Source of the DNA: Bacilli bacterium
GTDB lineage: Bacteria > Bacillota_I > Bacilli_A > RF39 > UBA660
DNA: 64,000 bases
Assembly (NCBI GenBank): GCA_017522615.1
Contig: JAFWYR010000006.1
Location: 2,866-66,865, forward strand
Direction: 5' to 3'
In this document: one piece after another, positions 37,045 to 47,058 of the stretch
Layout: each line of letters opens with the position of its first letter
Numbering within the stretch: position 1 is the first letter of the stretch
Notes under the pieces: model-generated
The model's database searches: none
What the model was told of the DNA's origin: nothing
The model's input: only the letters and a program-made list of their open reading frames with translations
Translations under genes and position numbers: made by a program

Positions 37045-38724
37045 TTAATTTTTAACGCCTTTTTTTACATCCATTATAACTGGTAATATAATAGGTTTTC
37101 TTCCAGTATGTAAGCTTATATAATCACTTAAGTTTTTAATAATGTCGAATTTAATTTCTGTATAATTGACGCCAGTTTTAATTTTATTGTTAATTGAATC
37201 CTTTGCAATATTTTCAAGTTTCTTAAGTAATTCTATATTATCGTTAACTAAAACAAAACCTCTTGTAATAATATTTGGAGTAGTAAGTAATTTATTCTCT
37301 TTCAAATCCATATTTACAATAACTACGACAATACCATCATTAGCCATAATCTTTCTATCTCTCATAACCGCACTGCTAACTTCACCAATTCGGTTACCAT
37401 CAACGTAATTATCACCTGCTTGAACATAACCAGCTTTTTTTATTACACCATTTTTCATAGATAAAACATCACCATTACCTAAGACAAAAGTGTTCTCACG
37501 TGGAACATCACAACTAACCGCAATATCCGCATGTTTTTTAAGCATTCTATATTCACCGTGAAATGGCATAAAATATTTTGGATTAATAAGCCTTATCATC
37601 CATTTAAGTTCTTCTTCATTACCATGTCCAGATGCATGAATATCAGATAGAGATGTGTTAGTATAAACAGTAATTCCTTTAAGATAAAGTCTATTAATTG
37701 TTCTAGATATACTAAGTGCATTACCTGGGATAGCTGAAGAAGAGAAGACAACTATATCATCACTTCTAAGCTTAATATGTTTATGAGTTCCATTTGCAAG
37801 TCTACTTAATGCAGCTAATGGTTCACCTTGAGTTCCGGTACATAAAATACATATTTTATTAGATGGAAGTTTATTGGCCTCATCAGGAGTCACAAACAAC
37901 TCTTTATGTTTAATATATCCACCTTCAATAGATATTTCTATATTATTTTCCATACTTCTTCCGAAAACCGCAATCTTTCTTCCGTGTCTTTTACAAGTAT
38001 CGACAATATGTTTTAAACGGTAAATATTAGAAGCAAACGTTGCAATAATAATTCTACTATCATGTCTAGTAAATAATTCATCCAAAGCATCGTCTACTTT
38101 AGATTCGCTGTTACTAACTCCTTCATTTAAAGCATTTGTACTATCACTAAGTAGCAAAGTAACACCTTTACTTCCAAGTCTTGCAATTTTATGTAAATCA
38201 GCTATCGGACCAATTGGTGTCAAATCGAATTTAAAGTCTCCAGTAGTAACTACAGTTCCATTTGGAGTATGAACCACAACTCCATGAGAATCAGGAATAG
38301 AGTGAGTAGTTCTATAAAATTCTACCGAAACTTCTTTAAATTTGTATACGTTTTTTTCATTATAAACAAATAAATTATTATATTTAATACTTCTATCTTC
38401 GAGTTTCTTCTTAATTAAAGCTGCAGCTTGATTAGGCGCATATATAGCCGGAATATTAACCTCAGATAGTAAAAATGGTATAGCCCCAATATGATCTTCG
38501 TGACCGTGAGTTATAAATAATCCTTTAATTTTAGATTCGTTTTCCTTTAAAAATGTATAATCTTGAATAACGTAATCGATTCCCATAAGTTCAGAACCAG
38601 GGAATATCACACCCGCATCGATAATAATAATTTCGTCATTATGCATTACGCAGTACATATTTTTTCCAACTTCTCCAAGTCCACCTAAAGCGAATATGTA
38701 AGAAGTATCTTTATAAAATTTCAT
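37045..38724 (-). CDS. rnj: Ribonuclease J
   Basis: 559 aa. MBL/beta-CASP HGHEDHIG and the N-terminus IFALGGLGEVGKNMY. Confidence 0.95.
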   Translation of the reverse strand: MKFYKDTSYIFALGGLGEVGKNMYCVMHNDEIIIIDAGVIFPGSELMGIDYVIQDYTFLKENESKIKGLFITHGHEDHIGAIPFLLSEVNIPAIYAPNQAAALIKKKLEDRSIKYNNLFVYNEKNVYKFKEVSVEFYRTTHSIPDSHGVVVHTPNGTVVTTGDFKFDLTPIGPIADLHKIARLGSKGVTLLLSDSTNALNEGVSNSESKVDDALDELFTRHDSRIIIATFASNIYRLKHIVDTCKRHGRKIAVFGRSMENNIEISIEGGYIKHKELFVTPDEANKLPSNKICILCTGTQGEPLAALSRLANGTHKHIKLRSDDIVVFSSSAIPGNALSISRTINRLYLKGITVYTNTSLSDIHASGHGNEEELKWMIRLINPKYFMPFHGEYRMLKKHADIAVSCDVPRENTFVLGNGDVLSMKNGVIKKAGYVQAGDNYVDGNRIGEVSSAVMRDRKIMANDGIVVVIVNMDLKENKLLTTPNIITRGFVLVNDNIELLKKLENIAKDSINNKIKTGVNYTEIKFDIIKNLSDYISLHTGRKPIILPVIMDVKKGVKN

Positions 38725-38889
38725 AAAATCTCCTTTCGTTAAAGTTAAAACTGACTACATAATTATAACTTTTTTTTACCTCTTTGGCAAGTTATAACAA
38801 AAATATAAAATATTGATTATTTTTTGATAGTTCATTGAACTTTGTTAAAAAATAGTGTAAAATTAAAATATCTAGAAGGATGGTAAAAC

Positions 38890-39864
38890 ATGGGATTATT
38901 TGACAAATTTAAAAACATATTTAAAAAAGAAGAAAAAGAGGAAGTTGAAAAGTACGACAAAGGACTAGAAAAGACGAGAAATAATTTCTTATCACAACTC
39001 TTAACCCTAAACCAAAATCATAAAGTAGTAGATGATGACTATTTTGACAATTTAGAAGAAATACTTATAATGTCCGATATTGGAGTAAATACCGTAATGG
39101 ACATAATAGATAGACTTAAAAAAAGGGTTAAAAAAGAAAAAATACAAAGCCCTGAAGAATTAAAAGATATCATTGTCGATGAGATGTTTATCATATATGT
39201 CGGAGGAGACATAATAGTAAATAAAATAAACTATGCCAAAGAAGGGCCTACAGTAATACTATATGTCGGAGTTAACGGTGCCGGTAAAACGACAACCATC
39301 GGCAAAATGGCTTATAGATTAAAAGAAGAAGGTAAAAAAGTGTTGATGATTGCCGGTGATACCTTTAGAGCTGGAGCTACAGAACAATTAAAAGAATGGG
39401 CAGATAAAATAAAGTGTGATATAGTCTATAAAGAAAATGCTGATCCCGTAAGTGTAATGTATGACGGTGTAGAAAAAGCTAAAGAAGAAAACTATGACGT
39501 AGTATTAATCGATACAGCCGGAAGACTTCAAAATAAAGTTAACTTAATGAAAGAATTAGAAAAAGTTAATAAAGTAATAGGAAAATTAATAGAAGGTGCT
39601 CCTCATGAGACATTATTAGTCTTAGATGCGACAACTGGACAAAATGGAATAAGTCAAGCTAAAAACTTTAAAGAAATAACCGATATAACTGGTATAGTTT
39701 TAACTAAATTAGACGGAACTGCCAAAGGAGGTATAGTTCTAGCTATTAAAGATGAAGTTGGACTTCCAGTAAAGTATGTTGGTTTAGGTGAGACAAAGGA
39801 CGATTTAAGAGTATTCGATATCGAAAAATATATATATGGATTATTTAAGGGGATAGATGAATGA
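38890..39864 (+). CDS. ftsY: Signal recognition particle receptor FtsY
   Basis: NG domain with GVNGAGKTTTIGK, DTAGRL, TKLDGTAKGG. Confidence 0.95.
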   Translation: MGLFDKFKNIFKKEEKEEVEKYDKGLEKTRNNFLSQLLTLNQNHKVVDDDYFDNLEEILIMSDIGVNTVMDIIDRLKKRVKKEKIQSPEELKDIIVDEMFIIYVGGDIIVNKINYAKEGPTVILYVGVNGAGKTTTIGKMAYRLKEEGKKVLMIAGDTFRAGATEQLKEWADKIKCDIVYKENADPVSVMYDGVEKAKEENYDVVLIDTAGRLQNKVNLMKELEKVNKVIGKLIEGAPHETLLVLDATTGQNGISQAKNFKEITDITGIVLTKLDGTAKGGIVLAIKDEVGLPVKYVGLGETKDDLRVFDIEKYIYGLFKGIDE

Positions 39865-40103
39865 AATCACTCGCACTAACACTTAAAATAGAATTATTTC
39901 TATTAATTATCCTAATAATATCTTTCATTTCATCATTTATAACTAAAATATATTCATATACCGAGATAATTGCTGGAGTAACGTTATTACTAATGAGCTA
40001 TAATAATCAAAAATACATCAAAAAGAAATACATGACACCCACATACGCCATATTTGGAATAATAACCATAGCCATGGCGATATATAAGGTGTTTAATGGA
40101 TAA
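39861..40103 (+). CDS. Small membrane protein (2-3 TM), translationally coupled between ftsY and ylxM
   Basis: ATGA overlap with the ftsY stop and an 8-nt overlap with the ylxM start. Hydrophobic 80 aa. Confidence 0.5.
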   Translation: MKSLALTLKIELFLLIILIISFISSFITKIYSYTEIIAGVTLLLMSYNNQKYIKKKYMTPTYAIFGIITIAMAIYKVFNG

Positions 40104-40386
40104 GACAATATATTTAATAAATTTATATGATTATTATGGCGAACTATTAACTGATAAACAAAGAGAATACTTCGAAGATTATTACTTTAACAATTATTCG
40201 TTATCAGAAATAAGTGAAAATAAAGGGATTAGTAGAAATGCAATCCATAAAACGATAAAGGATACAGAAAATAAACTTATGCACTTTGAAAAAATTTTAA
40301 AAGAATATGAAAAATCAAACAAAATAAGAGAAATAATTAAAGACATCGACGAAGAAAAAAGAAAACAAATAGAAGATTTATTATAA
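40096..40386 (+). CDS. ylxM: YlxM (UPF0122) HTH protein of the SRP operon
   Basis: LYDYYGELLTDKQREYFEDYYFNNYSLSEISENKGISRNAIHKTIK is collinear with B. subtilis YlxM. Confidence 0.85.
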   Translation: MDKTIYLINLYDYYGELLTDKQREYFEDYYFNNYSLSEISENKGISRNAIHKTIKDTENKLMHFEKILKEYEKSNKIREIIKDIDEEKRKQIEDLL

Positions 40387-40402
40387 GGGGAGGAAACAAA
40401 TT

Positions 40403-42157
40403 ATGTTTGGAAAAATTATATATATAAGTGATACAGAGGCTCACGTAGAAGTACCTACAGATGGTTCATTATCAACAAACATCATGAATATGCATGTAAT
40501 ATTTGAAGACGAGGGAAGAAAAGTCGTCGGAGAAGTAGAAGACCTAGGTGCAGAAATAATTAAAATAAGATTTCTAGGAGAAATAGAAAATGGAAGATTT
40601 GTAGGAGGTGTTATTAGAAAACCTACATTTCATTCAAATATAAGAATGATAAGCCAAGAAGAAGTAGGGTTATTATTAGGTGATGATACTCCATCTACAT
40701 TCATTATAGGAGAAAGTCCTTTATATGATAGTAGACCAATAAGAACAGATATAAATGATTTATTTGCCAGTCACATGGCTATATTTGGTAACAGTGGTTC
40801 TGGTAAATCATGCGGAGTAGCTAGATTACTTCAAAACGTATTTGAAAATCCGAAAATGCTGCCATTTAGATCTAATTTCTTTATATTTGATGCTTACGGA
40901 GAATACCACAATGCTCTTCAAGGAATAGATAAGATAAATCCTAACTTAAATTTTAAATTCTATACGACAAATACTCAGCAAACAGATGGAGAAGTATTAA
41001 GTATTCCGTTATGGTTACTCGATATCGATGATATGGCACTACTTCTAAGAGCGGATAAACATTCTCAGTTAACAATAATAGAAAGAATGCTTAAACTAGT
41101 AAACATCTTTGCCTCAGATGATGATATGTCAGTAAGATATAAAAATCACTTAATTGCCAAAGCAATAATGACTATTTTATACACTAATCAAACTTCTAGT
41201 AGTAAACGTAATGATGTGTTTAAAATATTAGCTACTTGTTCAACTGAGCAGTTTAACCTAGAAGCTCCAGTTCAAGGAATAGGATATACTAGAAAATTTA
41301 GAGAATGTTTTACAATTGATACCCAAGGAAACTTTCCAGAAAGTATATTAATGACCGAATACATAACTGGATTTATCGATGAATCACTAGATACATATGA
41401 GCCAAAAGAAATAAAATTCTTTACTCTAGAAGATTTAGAAAAAGCCCTAGAATTTACATTAATTAGTGAAGGTTTATTAAATAACGAAGAAACATATTCA
41501 GATGCTATCACTTTAAAAGTTAGATTACACTCATTAACCATATCAGAAAACTCTCAATATTTGAGATTCCCTAACTTCATTACAATAGAAAACTATATCG
41601 CATCTTTAGTAGCTAAAAATGGAAGAAAAGCTCAAGTAATAAACTTCAACCTAGAAGATGTTGAAGATTGGTTCGCTAAAGTAGTAACTAAAATATACAG
41701 TAAAATGTTATTTAACTTCTGCAAAAGATTAACCAATAGAGCTTCAATTCCATTCCATATCTTCGTCGAAGAAGCTCATAGATATGTTCAAAACGATGGT
41801 GACGTCGACTTAATTGGATATAACATATTTGAAAGAGTAGCCAAAGAGGGAAGAAAATACGGAATAATATTTAACCTAATTTCTCAAAGACCAGTTGAAA
41901 TATCAGAAACTGTTATATCTCAGTGTGCAAACTTCTTAATATTTAAATTAAACCACCCAAGAGATGTCGAATACATAAGAAAAATGTTACCAAACATCAG
42001 TGCTGAAATAGTAGAAAAACAAAAATCACTTCAACCTGGAACATGTATGGCCTTTGGAAGTGCCTTTAAAGTCCCAACTATAGTTAGAATGAAAATGCCA
42101 GATCCTGCCCCTTCAAGTAACAGCTGTGATGTTGTAAAAACATGGCAAGCAAATTAA
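40403..42157 (+). CDS. HerA-like (DUF87, HerA/FtsK superfamily) ATPase with N-terminal HAS-barrel
   Basis: HAS-barrel-like GKIIYISDTEAHVEV...VVGEVEDLGAEIIKIRFLGE. Walker A GNSGSGKS, Walker B HIFVEEAHRY, and LISQRP...QCANFLIFKL. Confidence 0.75.
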   Translation: MFGKIIYISDTEAHVEVPTDGSLSTNIMNMHVIFEDEGRKVVGEVEDLGAEIIKIRFLGEIENGRFVGGVIRKPTFHSNIRMISQEEVGLLLGDDTPSTFIIGESPLYDSRPIRTDINDLFASHMAIFGNSGSGKSCGVARLLQNVFENPKMLPFRSNFFIFDAYGEYHNALQGIDKINPNLNFKFYTTNTQQTDGEVLSIPLWLLDIDDMALLLRADKHSQLTIIERMLKLVNIFASDDDMSVRYKNHLIAKAIMTILYTNQTSSSKRNDVFKILATCSTEQFNLEAPVQGIGYTRKFRECFTIDTQGNFPESILMTEYITGFIDESLDTYEPKEIKFFTLEDLEKALEFTLISEGLLNNEETYSDAITLKVRLHSLTISENSQYLRFPNFITIENYIASLVAKNGRKAQVINFNLEDVEDWFAKVVTKIYSKMLFNFCKRLTNRASIPFHIFVEEAHRYVQNDGDVDLIGYNIFERVAKEGRKYGIIFNLISQRPVEISETVISQCANFLIFKLNHPRDVEYIRKMLPNISAEIVEKQKSLQPGTCMAFGSAFKVPTIVRMKMPDPAPSSNSCDVVKTWQAN

Positions 42158-42195
42158 CTTGCATTTTAAAATAATTAAATATATAATCAAAATGG

Positions 42196-42270
42196 GTCCA
42201 GATAGTTTAATGGATAAAATATTCCCCTCCGAAGGGAAAGATAGGAGTTCGATTCTCCTTTTGGACGCCA
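42196..42270 (+). tRNA. tRNA-Arg (anticodon CCG), CCA encoded
   Basis: GTCCAGA-TA-GTTTAATGGATAAAAT-A-TTCCC-CTCCGAA-GGGAA-AGAT-AGGAG-TTCGATT-CTCCT-TTTGGAC-G-CCA. Acceptor and D stems each contain one G-U pair. Confidence 0.8.
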
Positions 42271-42281
42271 TTTGAGTAAAT

Positions 42282-42309
42282 TTGACAAAAATTAAAACAA
42301 TAGTATAAT
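42282..42309 (+). promoter_or_regulatory. Near-consensus sigma-A promoter (copy B of the repeated promoter module)
   Basis: TTGACA 42282-42287 and TATAAT 42304-42309. The stretch atttgacaaaaattaaaacaatagtataataa differs at 2 positions from 13878-13909. Confidence 0.55.
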
Positions 42310-42339
42310 AATCCTCACTTATTCAAAGGGGGATTTTTT

Positions 42340-42963
42340 ATGTTAAAAAGTAGAGAACAAATAGCCTTAGACAGAATAAAGCATAATGAAAAAGTAATAG
42401 AGGAAGCTAAAGAACGTAGAGAAAAATATAAAATTATAAGAGGTTCCATAGCTGCTGCCGCTTTATTAACTAGCACACTTGGAGTTGCTATGTATAGACA
42501 TGCACCTGTGGATGGAGTTTTATTCTACAGAGTAGGTTATAACGATACAGAAATGGTTTCTAACGATTTTAATTATATAGACGACCAAGAATTTTATGAA
42601 TCTAAAAATGGCCGTTTAATGACAAGAGAAGGAATTAGAAAATCATATATTACACCTGGAGATACTGAAACTGGTACCACAAAAGTAAGTGTTTCATTAC
42701 CACAAATAGTTAGTAAAACGAATGCAAATAAATTAGTAACAGAAAGAATTGAACTAGAAGATGGTGTCACAGGTATTGTAAGAACAGTTCCTACATCAGA
42801 TGAATCATTAAAAGATGGTGTGCTTGTTTCAGGGGGAGTATTAGGTACTATAGTTGATTTATTAGTTTCAAACAAATATATAAATGAAACATATTCTACT
42901 GAATCTAGATTTAATATCAAAAATAGAAAAATAAAAAGAAAAATTAGAAGAAACAAAAGATAA
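42340..42963 (+). CDS. Hypothetical bitopic membrane protein with highly basic C-terminal tail
   Basis: 207 aa. TM helix GSIAAAALLTSTLGVAMY. C-terminus NIKNRKIKRKIRRNKR. Terminator at 42963-42986. Confidence 0.5.
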   Translation: MLKSREQIALDRIKHNEKVIEEAKERREKYKIIRGSIAAAALLTSTLGVAMYRHAPVDGVLFYRVGYNDTEMVSNDFNYIDDQEFYESKNGRLMTREGIRKSYITPGDTETGTTKVSVSLPQIVSKTNANKLVTERIELEDGVTGIVRTVPTSDESLKDGVLVSGGVLGTIVDLLVSNKYINETYSTESRFNIKNRKIKRKIRRNKR

Positions 42964-43209
42964 ACAGGAAAAATCCTGTTTTTTTAATGCATTACTTAAA
43001 CAAGAAATTATTTTTTATTATTGAATAACTATTTGAACATATTCTAACGCAGTATATTATTATCCTTACAAATATCAAATTCATCATAAAGGATTAAAAA
43101 TAATATCATATAACATTTTATTATTTTATTGAACAAAGTTTAAAAGAATGATAAAATAAAACTATAAAATAAAAAAATATCGAAATATGAATAGGAGAGA
43201 TGATAAATA

Positions 43210-44661
43210 ATGCGGCCAAGTCAAAGAAAAAGTAGAAATTTAATAATTATAGGACTATGTGCGGTAGTTGCTATAATGGCAGTAGGTTTTGCGGCATTTT
43301 CTCAGCAACTTACTATTAATTCCACATCAGAAGTAACAAGTAATTGGAATATTAGAATCATTAACATTTCTACTATAATTCCATCAGGAAGTAGGACTAC
43401 TGATGTAAGTTCTACTTGTGATGAAGGTGGAACTCCTAAACAATGCGGAGATGGACTTACAGCTAGCATATCAGCAATGCTCGTGTCACCAGGAGACTCT
43501 ATAACATATAGAATAAAAATAGAAAATAAAGGTAGTTTAAACGCAGCACTTTCTAGCATTGATTTAAATTCTAATCAAAGTGATGACATAGGATACTATA
43601 TCAACAAGGATAAAGATAATAATCCTATAAGCGATATAGGATACAGATTACTTGAAGATAATAGTATTTTAAATCACAATGGAGACTCTAATGATCTAGA
43701 TGAAGGATATGTATATTTAACAATATATTATAAAGAATACGAGGGACAAACTTCACCTACAGGAGATAACAAAACTGTAGCTGCAACCGCAACATTCAAC
43801 TTTAATCAATCGATAACCGAAGCAAGCCCAAACATTGAATTATCTACAACAGTTGCTGATTATATAATAAATAGCGCATCTAATGATTCAACATTGTCAA
43901 ATGATAATACCTCGGATAATAATTTAAGGTATTCAGGTTCTTCTGTTAATAACTACATATGTTTGTCTCAAAGTGATGGAGATTCATGTCAAGATAAGCA
44001 TCTATATAGAATAATAGGAGTTTTTAATAATATAAAAACCAGTGAATCAGATTCATTAAGCGAAACGAGAGTAAAAGTTGTAAAGGCAACAAATTACGGG
44101 AATAATCTCTGGGATGATGGCAAAGAAAATAACTGGGCAAGACCGGCATCATTAAATACTATTTTAAATACAACATATTATAATAGTCTCTCAAATGACG
44201 CAAAAGATATTATAGATAAAACTGTTTGGAATATAGGGGGTATGACTAATAACAATAACCCAGCAATCGGTGCATACTATAGCGAGAGAAGTCAAGCACA
44301 TTATGACAATGATCCATATATATGGGAAGGAATAATGGGTATGATTCAACCTAGTGATTATGGTTATGCATCAAGTGGATGCAATCATTATTCGGATTTA
44401 TTGTCATCATATTACAATGAAACATGTCGTAGTACAAATTGGTTATATACTGGAGAGAATGAATGGATGTTAGGAAGTGTGCCTGATAATACTGAACATA
44501 TCTATTACATATCTCCTTCAGGAACTGTATTAAGCACTTCTTCTTTGAATTTGCGTTCAATGGAAGTACGGCCATCTGCTTTTCTTAAAGCTTCTGCCAT
44601 TATAGATTATAATGGACACGATGGTAGTTTAAATAATCCTTATATTATTAAAAATAATTAA
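43210..44661 (+). CDS. Secreted protein with TasA/camelysin-like N-terminal domain fused to an unknown C-terminal domain
   Basis: Signal/anchor LIIIGLCAVVAIMAVGFAAFSQQLTINSTS and LVSPGDSITYRIKIENKGSLNAAL resemble TasA/camelysin (AAF..., PGD...ENxGSL). The ~280-aa C-terminal domain ends in ...EVRPSAFLK. Confidence 0.55.
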   Translation: MRPSQRKSRNLIIIGLCAVVAIMAVGFAAFSQQLTINSTSEVTSNWNIRIINISTIIPSGSRTTDVSSTCDEGGTPKQCGDGLTASISAMLVSPGDSITYRIKIENKGSLNAALSSIDLNSNQSDDIGYYINKDKDNNPISDIGYRLLEDNSILNHNGDSNDLDEGYVYLTIYYKEYEGQTSPTGDNKTVAATATFNFNQSITEASPNIELSTTVADYIINSASNDSTLSNDNTSDNNLRYSGSSVNNYICLSQSDGDSCQDKHLYRIIGVFNNIKTSESDSLSETRVKVVKATNYGNNLWDDGKENNWARPASLNTILNTTYYNSLSNDAKDIIDKTVWNIGGMTNNNNPAIGAYYSERSQAHYDNDPYIWEGIMGMIQPSDYGYASSGCNHYSDLLSSYYNETCRSTNWLYTGENEWMLGSVPDNTEHIYYISPSGTVLSTSSLNLRSMEVRPSAFLKASAIIDYNGHDGSLNNPYIIKNN

Positions 44662-44801
44662 ATTAACACATTTGCTAAATAAAGAGTAAGAAATTTTGAA
44701 ATTGACAACAAAATTTTCCTACTCTTTTATTATTAATGATGGACTAATTATAAAACATTTGGTAAAATTAATATGTAAATGTTTTAAAGGAGGATATATT
44801 T

Positions 44802-46004
44802 ATGGAAGAAAAATATTTAATTATAAACGCAGGAAGTTCATCACTTAAATTTTCATTGTATGAAATGCCTAGCGCTAAAGAAATAGTAAATGGTTACATT
44901 CAAAAAATAGGCGAGGGTGATAGTTTTTATGAACTAAAATATGATGGAAAAAAAGATGTAAAAGAAAAGAATATCAAAAATCATAGTGAAGCTGTTCAAA
45001 CTATGTTAGATGAATTAATAGAAAACAAATTTATTAAAAATATAGGCGAAATAAAAGGCGTAGGTCATAGAGTCTTACACGGAGGAGAATTCTATTCAAA
45101 ATCTACATTAATCGATGAAGAAGTTTTAAATAATATCAAATCATTAACTAAATTAGGTCCACTTCATCATCCAGGAGAAATAGCTGGAATTGAAGGAATG
45201 ATGGAAGTATTAAAAGATGTACCACAAGTTGCTGTATTTGATACTGCATTTCATCAGACAATGCCAAAAGAAAATTATCTATATGCTGTTCCATATTCAT
45301 GGTATAAAGAAAATGGTGTAAGAAAATATGGGTTCCACGGAACTAGTCACAATTACATAACTGATAAAATGAAAAAACACTTTGGAAGAGATGATATTAA
45401 TATAATAGTATGTCATATCGGTTCTGGAGCAAGTATCGTATGTATAAAAGATGGGATATGTTATGATACAACTATGGGGCTTACTCCATTAGATGGACTT
45501 GTAATGGGAACGAGATCAGGTTCAATAGATCCATCAATAATTGAATACATTGCCAAAGAAAGAAATATGACAGTTGAAGAGATAACCAACGCTTTAAACA
45601 AAGAAAGTGGATTAATTGGATTAGCTGGTAAAAATGATTATCGTGATTTATCTAAAGCAAGAGAAGATGGCGATGATATGGCTAAACTAGCTTTAAAAAT
45701 ATTCTATAATTCAGTTACTAAGTATATTGCTGAATATTATTTTAAATTAGACGGAAAAGTAGATGCCTTAGTATTTACTGCAGGAATAGGTGAAAATGCA
45801 TATGTATTTAGGAAAAAGGTTATGGAAAGAATTTCTAACCCAATGCACATTAAATTAGATGAAGAAGCTAATAAAGCTATTCCAGCTAAAGTTCGTGAAG
45901 GAAAAATATCAACTGATGATTCTGCATTCGAAGTATTAGTTGTTCCAACTAACGAAGAGTATATGATATTAACAGACACATATAACGTAACCAAAGGAAA
46001 ATAA
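44802..46004 (+). CDS. ackA: Acetate kinase
   Basis: LIINAGSSSLKFSLYEM, GHRVLHGG, FHGTSH, VCHIGSGASI. Confidence 0.95.
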   Translation: MEEKYLIINAGSSSLKFSLYEMPSAKEIVNGYIQKIGEGDSFYELKYDGKKDVKEKNIKNHSEAVQTMLDELIENKFIKNIGEIKGVGHRVLHGGEFYSKSTLIDEEVLNNIKSLTKLGPLHHPGEIAGIEGMMEVLKDVPQVAVFDTAFHQTMPKENYLYAVPYSWYKENGVRKYGFHGTSHNYITDKMKKHFGRDDINIIVCHIGSGASIVCIKDGICYDTTMGLTPLDGLVMGTRSGSIDPSIIEYIAKERNMTVEEITNALNKESGLIGLAGKNDYRDLSKAREDGDDMAKLALKIFYNSVTKYIAEYYFKLDGKVDALVFTAGIGENAYVFRKKVMERISNPMHIKLDEEANKAIPAKVREGKISTDDSAFEVLVVPTNEEYMILTDTYNVTKGK

Positions 46005-46084
46005 GACTACCTATAAAGGTAGTTTTTTCAATATGACATATACTAAAATAATTGATATAATAAAAATAGTAAAGGAGAAGATAT

Positions 46085-46993
46085 ATGAAGGATATTACAT
46101 TAGTTATATTAGCCGCTGGAATGGGTTCCAGATTTGGAGGCTTAAAACAGATAGAACGAGTAGGTCCTAATTGTGAATTTATTATAGATTATTCAATTTA
46201 TGATGCTATACAAGTCGGTTTTAACAAAGTTATATTTATTATAAAAGAAGAAAATTATAAAATATTTAAAGAAACAATTGGAAAAAGAGTAGAGAAGAAA
46301 ATAAAAGTAGAATATGTGTTTCAAAATAATGACAACATTCCAAAATATTATGAGAAATTAAAAAATAGAAGTAAACCACTTGGCACAGCTCACGCCATTT
46401 TATGTTGCAAAAATATCATTAAGGAACCATTTATGGTAATAAATGCCGATGATTATTATGGGAAAGACGCATTTGAAAAAGGATATAATTTCTTGAAAAA
46501 TAAATTAAAAAAAGATAATTATGGATTGATAAGTTATAAAGTAGAAAACACTTTAAGTGAAAATGGCAAAGTAAAAAGAGGTATATGTATAACTGAAAAA
46601 AGTTACTTAAAAAAATTAATCGAAAGTGAAGTAAAAAAGAAAAATAATATAATTGAGGCTAGACCATTAGATAGTGAAATCAAACCCTTCATTATTGGAG
46701 AAAATGGCGAAGCTTCTATGAATATGTTTGTATTTGATAGTAATATATTAAATTATTTCGAAGAAAAATTAGAAAAGCACATAAAAAGAAGAATTAATGA
46801 ATTAGATAAATTTGAATATTATATTACTGACGTATTATTCGAATTAATTAGAGAAAACAAAGTAAAATGTGAGGTCATTAAAACGACATCTAAATGGCAT
46901 GGTATAACATACAAAGAGGATCTTCCGGATGTAAGAAAAGCAATATTAAATTTAATAGAAAAAAAAGAATATCCAGTAAATCTTTGGAAATAA
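46085..46993 (+). CDS. Sugar-phosphate nucleotidyltransferase family protein
   Basis: N-terminal LAAGMGSRFGGLKQ motif. 302 aa. Confidence 0.7.
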   Translation: MKDITLVILAAGMGSRFGGLKQIERVGPNCEFIIDYSIYDAIQVGFNKVIFIIKEENYKIFKETIGKRVEKKIKVEYVFQNNDNIPKYYEKLKNRSKPLGTAHAILCCKNIIKEPFMVINADDYYGKDAFEKGYNFLKNKLKKDNYGLISYKVENTLSENGKVKRGICITEKSYLKKLIESEVKKKNNIIEARPLDSEIKPFIIGENGEASMNMFVFDSNILNYFEEKLEKHIKRRINELDKFEYYITDVLFELIRENKVKCEVIKTTSKWHGITYKEDLPDVRKAILNLIEKKEYPVNLWK

Positions 46994-47058
46994 AATAATT
47001 AAAACTTATTGTATAAAAGATATATTTGTGTTAAAATGATTATGCGATAAGTTTTTAT

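Noticed and set aside
40403-42157. HerA-like ATPase as part of a known anti-phage defence system (Sir2-HerA or DUF4297-HerA type).
   Set aside because: No effector partner gene is adjacent. The neighbours are ylxM and a tRNA, so the defence-system call is unsupported. It is kept only as a synteny oddity.
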